Source: Planctomycetales bacterium
GTDB taxonomy: Bacteria > 4484-113
Length of the DNA: 15,226 nt
Direction of reading: 5' to 3'
Assembly (NCBI GenBank): GCA_037445915.1
Contig: JBBIJQ010000012.1
Span: 16,577-31,802, forward strand
This document shows positions 8,231 through 15,226 of this stretch, piece by piece. The translations under genes and the position numbers were made by a program. The notes below the pieces were generated by a model. The model was not told the DNA's origin, did not search any database, and saw only the letters and a list, made by a program, of their open reading frames with translations. Numbering within the stretch: position 1 is the stretch's first letter; every line of letters begins with the position of its first letter.

Positions 8231-8291
8231 ATTATACCCCAGCTAGCCTCCCCCATTGGTCGTCTATCTCCTTCTTAACATCGCCGCTCAT
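8231..8291 (-). repeat. diverged direct-repeat copy of the ubiD 3' end (gene-end relic), containing the TATAAT for hicBA
   Basis: Ungapped alignment to 8684-8744 gives 43/61 identical nt. It translates as MSGDVKKEIDDQWGRLAGV* against the ubiD end MTDDVKKKMDDLWNKLRGV* (11/19 aa identical). Confidence 0.8.
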
Positions 8292-8303
8292 TCCCCATTT
8301 CGC

Positions 8304-8507
8304 TTACACCTCAACTTCTATAATCTCGTCGCCTTCGGCAAGCTCGTAGCTCTCGTTGGCTACTTCCAGCCAGCCGATCATGGCTTCAAGGACGCGTTCG
8401 CGAACCTGTTCTATTGAATCGCCTTGCGTGTAGCACCCGTGTAGCGCGGGCACTTCTACCGAGTAACCTCCGTCTTCTTCTTTGTGCAGAACTACTTTGA
8501 GTTTCAT
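8304..8507 (-). CDS. hicB: HicB-family antitoxin (short form, 67 aa), no adjacent hicA
   Basis: EEDGGYSVEVPALHGCYTQGDSIEQVRERVLEAMIGWL, with SD GGGAGG upstream. Confidence 0.88.
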   Translation of the reverse strand: MKLKVVLHKEEDGGYSVEVPALHGCYTQGDSIEQVRERVLEAMIGWLEVANESYELAEGDEIIEVEV

Positions 8508-8523
8508 GTCCCCTCCCGGAACG

Positions 8524-8664
8524 TTAGCGCATCAACTCATATGCCTCGCGGATGTTGGTCTCAAGCTCGGCGAGAGTCTTGCCCTGGCTGAAGACGCCGG
8601 GGATTTCTGCGAGGCGTCCGACGAGCCAATCGCCATCTTTCCAATATTCGAGCGTATATTCCAT
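8524..8664 (-). CDS. hicB: HicB-family antitoxin, 46 aa, probably C-terminally truncated
   Basis: MEYTLEYWKDGDWLVGRLAEIPGVFSQGKTLAELETNIREAYELMR*. It has the HicB core but ends about 20 aa earlier than its 67-aa neighbours. The likely start is ATG 8664, because the ORF-track start lies inside ubiD. Confidence 0.75.
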   Translation of the reverse strand: MEYTLEYWKDGDWLVGRLAEIPGVFSQGKTLAELETNIREAYELMR

Positions 8665-8684
8665 TGGAGTAGTTCCCCGCTTCA

Positions 8685-10205
8685 TTATACTCCGCGAAGT
8701 TTGTTCCACAGGTCGTCCATCTTCTTCTTGACGTCGTCGGTCATGGTTATTTCTTCGGGCCAAGGGCGGCCTTGGCCGCCGAAGGCGGGCGCGGTTTCTC
8801 CGGGGATTTTGCGGGTGGCGTCAATGCCGGCCTTGCTGCCGAAGAGGGGCTGCGGCGAGGAATGGTCAAGCGCGTCTGTGGGGCCGTCAAAGAACATTAT
8901 GTCGCGGCGCGGGTCGGTGTTGGCGAAAGCCTCAAAGGCGACCGCCGAGAAATCCTCCACCGGCACGTCCGCGTCCACGACGATTATCGTGCGCGCGAAG
9001 CTCATCTGCCCCATGCCCCACAGCCCCGCCATGACGCGCCGCGCCTGCGCCGGGTAGCGCTTGCGGATGCTCGCGATGACGCAGTTGTGGAACACGCCTT
9101 CGGGCGGGCAGCAGATATCGTGAAGCTCAGGCAGCATGAGGCGCATGAGCGGGAGGAATATGCGCGTAGTCGCGTAGCCGAGGAAGTAGTCTTCCTGCGG
9201 CGGGCGGCCGACGATGGTCGCGTGGTAAATAGGGTCGCGGCGGCGCGTGACGCACTCCACATGGAAAACAGGATACGGGTCAACCGGCGAGTAGTAGCCG
9301 GTGTGGTCGCCAAAGGGACCCTCAGGGCGCAGCGGCTCGGCGGGGTCAACGTAGCCCTCCAGCACAATTTCCGCATTGGCGGGCACGAGCAGGTCGTTGG
9401 TCTTGCACTTCACCAAGTCAGCCGGCTTGCCGCGCAGGAAGCCCGCAAAAAGCATCTCGTCAATGCCGCCGGGAAGCGGGGCGCTCGCGGCGTAACATGT
9501 CGCGGGGTCTGCGCCGATGGCGACAGCGACGGGCAGCTTTTCCGGTTTCGTTGCGGCGCTGTCAAAGTGGCGCGCGCCGTCTTTGTGGATGTGCCAGTGC
9601 ATCCCCGTTTCGTTGCGCGAGAAAACCTGCATGCGGTAGATGCCCATGTTGGGGCGGCCGCTGGCGGGGTCGCGCGTGACGACGAGCGGGAAGGTGATAT
9701 AAGGCCCGCCGTCCTTGGGCCAGCACGTGAGCACCGGCAGTTTTCCGAGGTCAACGTCCGCGCCTTGCTCCACGACTTCCTGGCACGGCCCGCTTTTCAC
9801 GGTGCGCGGCGGGAAGTTGGCGGCCTCCATGAGCTTTGGCAGCAGCGCGACCTTCTCCATCAGGCCCTGCGGCGGCTTCATCTCCAGCATGTCGGTTATC
9901 CGCGCGGCGACTTCGTTGGGATGCGACACGCCCAGCGCCATGGACACGCGCGCCAGCGAGCCGAACAGGTTGATGGCGACGGGCATCGCGTAACCAGTGG
10001 GCTTTTCAAACATAAGCGCATTACCGCCGGTAGTAAGAAATGGCGGCACGCCGTCCGGGATGCGCGCTGCAGGGGCTTTGCTCATGCGGTCCGTAAGCTC
10101 GGTGATTTCAAGATAGGGCGAAACGGGCTCTTTCACGCGCGCGAGTTCGCCAGCGGATTCCAGGGCTGAAATAAAGTCCCGAAGGTCGTTGAAAGGAAAA
10201 GGCAT
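8685..10205 (-). CDS. UbiD-family (prFMN) decarboxylase, probably the menaquinone futalosine-pathway MqnL type
   Basis: 506 aa from MPFPFNDLRDFISALE. Motifs include DGGPYITFPLVVTRDP, NMGIYRMQV, MHWHIHKDGARH, EGPFGDHTGYY, GRPPQED, GVFHNCVIASI, DALDHSS and SKAGIDATRK. Confidence 0.92.
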   Translation of the reverse strand: MPFPFNDLRDFISALESAGELARVKEPVSPYLEITELTDRMSKAPAARIPDGVPPFLTTGGNALMFEKPTGYAMPVAINLFGSLARVSMALGVSHPNEVAARITDMLEMKPPQGLMEKVALLPKLMEAANFPPRTVKSGPCQEVVEQGADVDLGKLPVLTCWPKDGGPYITFPLVVTRDPASGRPNMGIYRMQVFSRNETGMHWHIHKDGARHFDSAATKPEKLPVAVAIGADPATCYAASAPLPGGIDEMLFAGFLRGKPADLVKCKTNDLLVPANAEIVLEGYVDPAEPLRPEGPFGDHTGYYSPVDPYPVFHVECVTRRRDPIYHATIVGRPPQEDYFLGYATTRIFLPLMRLMLPELHDICCPPEGVFHNCVIASIRKRYPAQARRVMAGLWGMGQMSFARTIIVVDADVPVEDFSAVAFEAFANTDPRRDIMFFDGPTDALDHSSPQPLFGSKAGIDATRKIPGETAPAFGGQGRPWPEEITMTDDVKKKMDDLWNKLRGV

Positions 10206-10211
10206 AGTAGA

Positions 10212-10217
10212 ATAATA
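10212..10217 (-). promoter_or_regulatory. -10 box (TATTAT) for ubiD, likely leaderless
   Basis: The minus strand reads TATTAT-tctact-ATG, with no SD. Confidence 0.5.
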
Positions 10218-10246
10218 CACGAAGGCGCTTTGCGCCAGTGATACCC

Positions 10247-11044
10247 ATGCCCAGGCTTGGCCATTACATTGAGCACGCCAACTCCCTCCCCGGAGGAGGG
10301 ACTTACACGCATTTCTGCGACCCCGACGAACTGGCCGAGTTTTGGGATTTGCTGATGCGCAAGAGGATACTGGCGGGCCTAAGCGGCGGCAGCCCGTTTC
10401 CCCGCAAGGCGATGTTGCGGCTCGTGCCTTCGGGCAAAGGCTCGGCGATGGACGAAGCCTCAGTACGCGCGATGATTGCCGACTGGAACGTGCAGGGCAG
10501 GAAGTTTCCTTACGCCTGGCTGCGGTTGGAACGCGGCGGGGAAGACGAAAGCCCGCTGTCAAAGCAGGAACTGGATTCCGTATGCGCCCAACTTCAAACG
10601 AACGGTCTGCCGCCCGGCGCCATCGGTGATATTTTGCGGCGTGGCGACGAGGCATTCATCCTTGCCGACACCAGGGAACAAGATGCACTAGCAAAGGCGA
10701 TGAGCGCTTTGGGGCTGGCTTCGCGCCCGGCAGCGCACTTTGACCCTGAAAGCTGCGCCCTGGACACACGATACAGCTTGAGCATGCCAAGGCTGGACGC
10801 GGCTATAGCCAGGGCATTTCACATTGGGCGCGAAGAGGCGAAGAAGGCTGTAGTGAAGGGCTTCGTTGCGATCAATTTGCGCATCGTCCGCGATGCCAGC
10901 AGGGCCGTTGAAGCAGGCGACGTCTTGCACCACCTCTTATTCGGGGCTGCCTTGATTTCCGGCGTTCAGAAGGCAAAGGCGGCTGACCGGCACAGACTAC
11001 TTGTTAGATTCCCAAGTAGTGCTAAGATATTAGTTCGGGGCTAG
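10247..11044 (+). CDS. YlmH-like S4-domain RNA-binding protein (divergent)
   Basis: THFCDP at the N-terminus, GLPPGAIGDIL, and the S4 motif RLDAAIARAFHIGREEAKKAVVKGFVAIN...VEAGDVL...G. The start could also be GTG 10238. Confidence 0.7.
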   Translation: MPRLGHYIEHANSLPGGGTYTHFCDPDELAEFWDLLMRKRILAGLSGGSPFPRKAMLRLVPSGKGSAMDEASVRAMIADWNVQGRKFPYAWLRLERGGEDESPLSKQELDSVCAQLQTNGLPPGAIGDILRRGDEAFILADTREQDALAKAMSALGLASRPAAHFDPESCALDTRYSLSMPRLDAAIARAFHIGREEAKKAVVKGFVAINLRIVRDASRAVEAGDVLHHLLFGAALISGVQKAKAADRHRLLVRFPSSAKILVRG

Positions 11045-11049
11045 GCGAA

Positions 11050-11078
11050 TTGACGCGGCAGCAATGCCGTGTTAATCT
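11050..11078 (+). promoter_or_regulatory. sigma70 promoter for pilB, overlapping a stem-loop
   Basis: TTGACG, a 17-nt spacer and TAATCT, with TG in the extended -10 position. The same bases form TTGACGCGGCA-GCAA-TGCCGTGTTAA. Confidence 0.6.
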
Positions 11079-11121
11079 CAAGCATGTTCCCGCGCATCTC
11101 TACCAAAAGGTGGGATATTAG

Positions 11122-12939
11122 ATGAACAAGAAACTCGGTGAGCTTCTAATTGAAGCTGGCGTTATCTCCGAAGATAAACTGCATGAAGTCCTGGCCAAGC
11201 AGAAAGAGACTGGGCGCAGGCTCGGCGAAGTCATCATTGACATGCAGCTTGCTTTAGAGGATGAGATCCAGGATATCCTCGCCCGCCAACTCGGCGTCCC
11301 GAAGATTGACCTTTACGAAGAGAAGATAGACCCGGACATCGCCCGGATGGTTCCGCCTGACATGATCAAGCGCCACCAGGCGTTCCCTGTGCGCAAAGAG
11401 GGCAATCACCTCATCGTCGCGATGGTTGACCCCTTGAACCTGCTGGCGATTGACGACTTCCGCCTGTCAACCGGCATGGAGATTACGCCGCAGATTACTT
11501 CGCCAAGCGCAATCAGCTTCGCGTTTGACCAGTTCTTCGGCGTGTCGCACGAAGCGCAGAAATCCATTGAGGAGTTTCAGCAGGACCGCATCCGCAAGGG
11601 ATACGTCATTGACGAGAGCCTTGTTGACCGCGCGACGCTTAAGGAAATTGAGGACGCGCCCATCGTCAAGCTCGTGGACACAATCCTTAACGGCGCCGCA
11701 GACTACCGTGCGTCGGACATCCACCTTGAGCCCAAGAGCGAGAATATGACCGTGCGCTACCGCGTTGACGGAATGCTCCACAAGATACTTGTTGTTCCGA
11801 AGAACGCTATCCCTGCGGTCACGGCGCGCCTTAAGATTATGGCGAAGCTTGACACGTCGGAACGCCGCAAGCCCCAGGACGGCCGTATTGAGCTTCAAGT
11901 CGCAGACGCCCAATTTGACATCCGCTTCTCCACGCTCCCAACCCTGTTCGGCGAGAAGATCGTTATGCGACTGCTCAACAAGTCGTCTCAGGACTACAAG
12001 CTAAACGACCTGGGTTACGACGAGGACGAGCTTGCGATTTGGAATTCGCTGATCGAGCAGCCGCACGGCATCATCCTCATCACAGGCCCGACCGGCTCCG
12101 GCAAGTCCACTACCCTCATCACTTCGCTCGCTAAGCTGGCCACTGAGCAGGTCAACATCGTCACGATTGAAGACCCTGTTGAGTACCAGCTTGACGCCAT
12201 CAACCAGGTTCACGTGAACCCCAAAGTCGGCTTGACCTTCGCGTCTGGCATGCGCACAATCGTTCGCCAGGACCCCGACATCATCATGGTCGGCGAAATC
12301 CGCGACGGCGAGACGGCTGACCTTGCCGTCAACGCAGCGCTAACCGGCCACCTTGTGCTATCAACCTTGCACACGAACGACGCCCCCGGCGCAATCCCGA
12401 GGCTGGAGAACATGGGCGTCCCGCCGTATCTGATGAACGCATCAATCATCGGCATCATGGCCCAGCGCCTTCTGCGCCGCCTCTGCCCACACTGCAAAGA
12501 GGCTTACGAGGCTTCGGAAGAGGAACTTGCGTTCATCAAGGGCGCATACAACGCCGACCAATATCAGGGCAAGTCGCCGCTGCTTTACAGGCCCAAAGGC
12601 TGCAAGTTCTGCAAGCATGTAGGCTACACCGGGCGCACCGGCGTGTTTGAGATCTTTAAAATGTCCAACCAAATTAAAGAACTCATTACCAAGACGACTT
12701 CTATTCACTTTGTCAAAGCGGCCGCCCGCCGCGAAGGCATGTTGACCTTGTGGGAGAGCGGCGTGAAGAAGGTTTTGCTCGGCCAGACGTCGCTGGCGGA
12801 GCTCCTGCGCACAGCGCGCCCCGACCATGAAACCGACACCGAGTCTGATAGCGCCGGCCCGATGACGCGCGGAGGCGTCCGCGGCGGCCTTACCGAGACT
12901 GCTCCGAAACTGGCTGAAGTGGAAGGCTTTGAAGTCTGA
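11122..12939 (+). CDS. pilB: type IV pilus extension ATPase PilB (GspE/PulE family) with an N-terminal MshEN domain
   Basis: ASDIHLEP, RYRVDG, Walker A GPTGSGKST, TIEDPVEY, RQDPDIIMVGEIRD, LSTLHTND and the zinc site CPHC...CKFC. It lies next to pilT and pilC. Confidence 0.95.
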   Translation: MNKKLGELLIEAGVISEDKLHEVLAKQKETGRRLGEVIIDMQLALEDEIQDILARQLGVPKIDLYEEKIDPDIARMVPPDMIKRHQAFPVRKEGNHLIVAMVDPLNLLAIDDFRLSTGMEITPQITSPSAISFAFDQFFGVSHEAQKSIEEFQQDRIRKGYVIDESLVDRATLKEIEDAPIVKLVDTILNGAADYRASDIHLEPKSENMTVRYRVDGMLHKILVVPKNAIPAVTARLKIMAKLDTSERRKPQDGRIELQVADAQFDIRFSTLPTLFGEKIVMRLLNKSSQDYKLNDLGYDEDELAIWNSLIEQPHGIILITGPTGSGKSTTLITSLAKLATEQVNIVTIEDPVEYQLDAINQVHVNPKVGLTFASGMRTIVRQDPDIIMVGEIRDGETADLAVNAALTGHLVLSTLHTNDAPGAIPRLENMGVPPYLMNASIIGIMAQRLLRRLCPHCKEAYEASEEELAFIKGAYNADQYQGKSPLLYRPKGCKFCKHVGYTGRTGVFEIFKMSNQIKELITKTTSIHFVKAAARREGMLTLWESGVKKVLLGQTSLAELLRTARPDHETDTESDSAGPMTRGGVRGGLTETAPKLAEVEGFEV

Positions 12940-12977
12940 TATCCTTAAACCGAACCTGCGGGGAGGCATAGCGTTAT

Positions 12978-14120
12978 ATGGACTATACGATTCTTGATTT
13001 GCTGGTTCAACTGGTGGAGCACGGTGCATCCGACCTTCACCTAACTGCGGGCGTTCCACCCACGCTGCGCATCCACGGCAAGTTGGTGCGACTGGACTAC
13101 AAGCCGCTAGGGCCGGATGATGTCCGCGAATTGGCGTTCTCAATGATTCGTGAAGACCAGCGCAAGAAATACGAGCTCGAGCGCGAACTGGACTTTGGCT
13201 ATAGCCAGAAAGGTATCGGCCGTTTCCGCTGCAACCTTGCGTTCCAACGCGAAAGCCCGTACTGCACAATGCGCGCCATCTCCGAGAAGATACCCACGAT
13301 GGAAGAGCTTCTGCTCCCTCCCATCATGAAAGAAGTCATCCAGCTTCCGCGCGGCCTAGTGCTAGTCACTGGGCCAACCGGCTCAGGCAAGTCCACGTCC
13401 CTGGCCTCAATGCTAAACGTTATTAACGAGACCAAGGACTTGCATATCGTCACGCTGGAAGACCCGATTGAATACGTCCACCAGCACAAGCGCTGCAATG
13501 TGAACCAGCGCGAAGTCGGCCGCGACACGCTTACCTTCGCTGGCGCGCTGAAGCGCGTGCTGCGCCAGGATCCGGACGTAATCCTCGTCGGCGAGATGCG
13601 CGACCTGGAAACTATTGGAACCGCCATCACCGCGGCTGAAACAGGCCACTTGGTATTCGCAACCTTGCATACCAATAACGCCCCGCTGACGATTGATCGT
13701 ATCGTTGACGTGTTCCCCTCCGAACAGCAGGACCAGATCCGTGCCCAGTTGGCAAACTCTCTGCAATGCATCATGTCCCAGCAGCTCCTCCCCATCGCCG
13801 ACGGCGGCGGGCGAGTGGCGTCCTTTGAGGTCATGCTCAATATCCCAGCCATCCGCAACCTCATCCGCGAGAAGAAAGAGTTCCAGATCCATTCATTTAT
13901 GATGACCCACGCCAAGATGGGCATGATGACGATGGACCAGAACCTGCGCGACCGATACCTGGACCGCCTCATCTCGCTAGAAGTAGCAATGGCGCATGCC
14001 GGCAATGTGGGCAACCTGCAACGCTTGATTAGCTCTGCGGCTGCCGCCGGTGTCAAGAGTTCTAAGGATCTATCTGACCGCGAAGCGCCAACCCTGGAAG
14101 GTACTAGCCTCGGCGTGTAG
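12978..14120 (+). CDS. pilT: type IV pilus retraction ATPase PilT
   Basis: ASDLHL, GPTGSGKSTSLA, EDPIEY, LRQDPDVILVGEMRD, AETGHLVFATLHT and the PilT-specific AIRNLIRE motif. SD GGGAGG upstream. Confidence 0.96.
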   Translation: MDYTILDLLVQLVEHGASDLHLTAGVPPTLRIHGKLVRLDYKPLGPDDVRELAFSMIREDQRKKYELERELDFGYSQKGIGRFRCNLAFQRESPYCTMRAISEKIPTMEELLLPPIMKEVIQLPRGLVLVTGPTGSGKSTSLASMLNVINETKDLHIVTLEDPIEYVHQHKRCNVNQREVGRDTLTFAGALKRVLRQDPDVILVGEMRDLETIGTAITAAETGHLVFATLHTNNAPLTIDRIVDVFPSEQQDQIRAQLANSLQCIMSQQLLPIADGGGRVASFEVMLNIPAIRNLIREKKEFQIHSFMMTHAKMGMMTMDQNLRDRYLDRLISLEVAMAHAGNVGNLQRLISSAAAAGVKSSKDLSDREAPTLEGTSLGV

Positions 14121-14134
14121 AATGACTGGCAGGC

Positions 14135-14155
14135 GCGCCTAGCTATGGCGTTTTT
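14135..14155 (+). terminator. weak intrinsic terminator-like hairpin after pilT
   Basis: GCGCC-tagctat-GGCGT followed by TTTT. The stem is short. Confidence 0.3.
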
Positions 14156-14159
14156 GAGG

Positions 14160-14165
14160 TATAAT
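14160..14165 (+). promoter_or_regulatory. -10 box (TATAAT) upstream of pilC
   Basis: A perfect TATAAT 39 nt before ATG 14205, with no clear -35. SD GGAGA precedes the ATG. Confidence 0.45.
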
Positions 14166-14204
14166 AGGGATGGGTTCTAATCCGGTAACCCGGACGGAGA
14201 TTCT

Positions 14205-15226
14205 ATGAAGACGTTCGTTTACACCGCTAAAGACACCGCCGGCAAAATTATTCAGAGCACGGTAGAGGCTGATAGCCCCAAGGCCGTGATGGAAGCTCTA
14301 CGCAACGAGGGCTTTTTTGTCGTCCGCATTGTTGAACGGCGGCGTCCGTTCAACCCGCTGCTTTTAATTGAAAAGCTCTTCAAGATTGGCCTGAAAGAAC
14401 TGACCATTTTCTCCCGCCAGTTTGCGCTGCTGCTAAACGCAGGCCTGACGCTTGCAGAAGCTGTAGATACTATTGAGGAACAGACCCAGAACTCCTCTTT
14501 CCGCCAGATACTCCACAAAGTAAAGCTGGATATACAAGGCGGCGAGCAGCTGCACCTGTCCATGAAAAAGCACCCCCGCGCGTTCTCCGCCTTCTTTATC
14601 TCCATGGTGCAGGCTGGCGAAATCGGCGGCGCCCTTGACAGCATTCTTGAACGCGTCGCGCAATTCTACGAGAACGAGCTTGACCTGAAGCACAAGATTA
14701 AGAGCGCGATGGTATATCCGACGATTGTGGTTGTCTTCGCGCTAGGCATCTCGCTCTTCATGCTTATGTACATCGTGCCCCAGTTTGGCGCGTTCTACGA
14801 GGAATTCTCCGGCGGCGAGGCCCAGCTTCCCGCGTTGACGCGCCAGATGATCCGGTTTAGCGATTGGCTGGTTACCAACTGGTACTATTTGCTGGGAATC
14901 CCCATTTTCATAATACTCTTCATCAAGTTCCGCAACTCAAAATGGGGACATATTGCGCTAGACCCGCTCATCCTACGAATCCCAATCTTTGGGCCGCTTG
15001 CCCGCAAAGTCGCGATTACCCGCTTCACCCGCACTTTTGGGACCCTGACCGCTTCCGGCGTGCCTATTCTTGAAGCTCTGGAAGTCGCCAAGAACACTGC
15101 CAGCAATAACGTGGTCCAGCGTGCCATCATGTATATCCGCGAGCGCATCCGCACGGGCGAATCCATTCACGCGCCGATGAGACGCACCGGGGTCTTCCCG
15201 CCCATCGTGACTAACCTTGTTTCAGT
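14205..15226 (+). CDS. pilC: type IV pilus platform protein PilC (GspF family), 3'-truncated by the window edge
   Basis: Absent from the ORF track because no stop falls in the window. Manual translation: MKTFVYTAKDTAGKIIQSTVEADS...ELTIFSRQFALLLNAGL...MVQAGEIGGALDSILERVA...KIKSAMVYP...RFTRTFGTLTASGVPILEAL. Confidence 0.95.
   Translation, partial: MKTFVYTAKDTAGKIIQSTVEADSPKAVMEALRNEGFFVVRIVERRRPFNPLLLIEKLFKIGLKELTIFSRQFALLLNAGLTLAEAVDTIEEQTQNSSFRQILHKVKLDIQGGEQLHLSMKKHPRAFSAFFISMVQAGEIGGALDSILERVAQFYENELDLKHKIKSAMVYPTIVVVFALGISLFMLMYIVPQFGAFYEEFSGGEAQLPALTRQMIRFSDWLVTNWYYLLGIPIFIILFIKFRNSKWGHIALDPLILRIPIFGPLARKVAITRFTRTFGTLTASGVPILEALEVAKNTASNNVVQRAIMYIRERIRTGESIHAPMRRTGVFPPIVTNLVS

Noticed and set aside
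8520-8528. AACGTTAGC shared between the truncated hicB end and hicA (7876-7884), considered as a deletion microhomology
   Set aside because: A 9-bp match with no flanking similarity is consistent with chance.
3771-8664. Integron interpretation, with the tyrosine recombinase as IntI and the hic genes as attC cassettes
   Set aside because: The recombinase looks like plain XerC/D with no obvious IntI-specific insertion. No paired RYYYAAC...GTTRRRY attC hairpins flank the hic genes, and core genes lie in between.
8772-10169. 465-aa plus-strand ORF antisense to ubiD, and similar long antisense ORFs over xer, ftsA, pilB and pilT
   Set aside because: These are expected antisense shadows of high-GC coding sequence and contain no recognisable motifs.
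10206-10655. 150-aa N-terminal extension of UbiD in the ORF track (656 aa)
   Set aside because: It overlaps the opposite-strand YlmH-like gene and has Arg/Ser/Pro-rich shadow composition. UbiD similarity begins at ATG 10205.

Overview
Bacterial chromosomal segment, GC-rich, with Terrabacteria-like gene content (inferred from DUF3084, DUF881, Sbp-like, YlmH-like genes). Gene order: partial HEAT-repeat protein, DUF3084, adenine deaminase (-), XerC/D recombinase, DUF881, Sbp-like membrane protein, ftsA (no adjacent ftsZ), a 92-aa hypothetical protein, DUF1801, a small HicA/HicB cluster (-), a UbiD/MqnL decarboxylase (-), a YlmH-like S4 protein, and type IV pilus genes pilB-pilT-pilC (pilC runs off the window). 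The main unexplained structure lies at the ubiD 3' end. A diverged, ungapped 61-bp copy of the last 19 ubiD codons plus stop (8231-8291, 43/61 nt identical by hand count) sits 453 bp downstream. In both copies the stop codon is part of a TATAAT -10 box (GTA-TAA-T) placed just ahead of a hicB gene. The cluster has three different HicB antitoxins (one truncated) and one HicA toxin interrupted by an amber codon. This suggests toxin-antitoxin cassettes were acquired serially by replacing the 3' end of a core gene.
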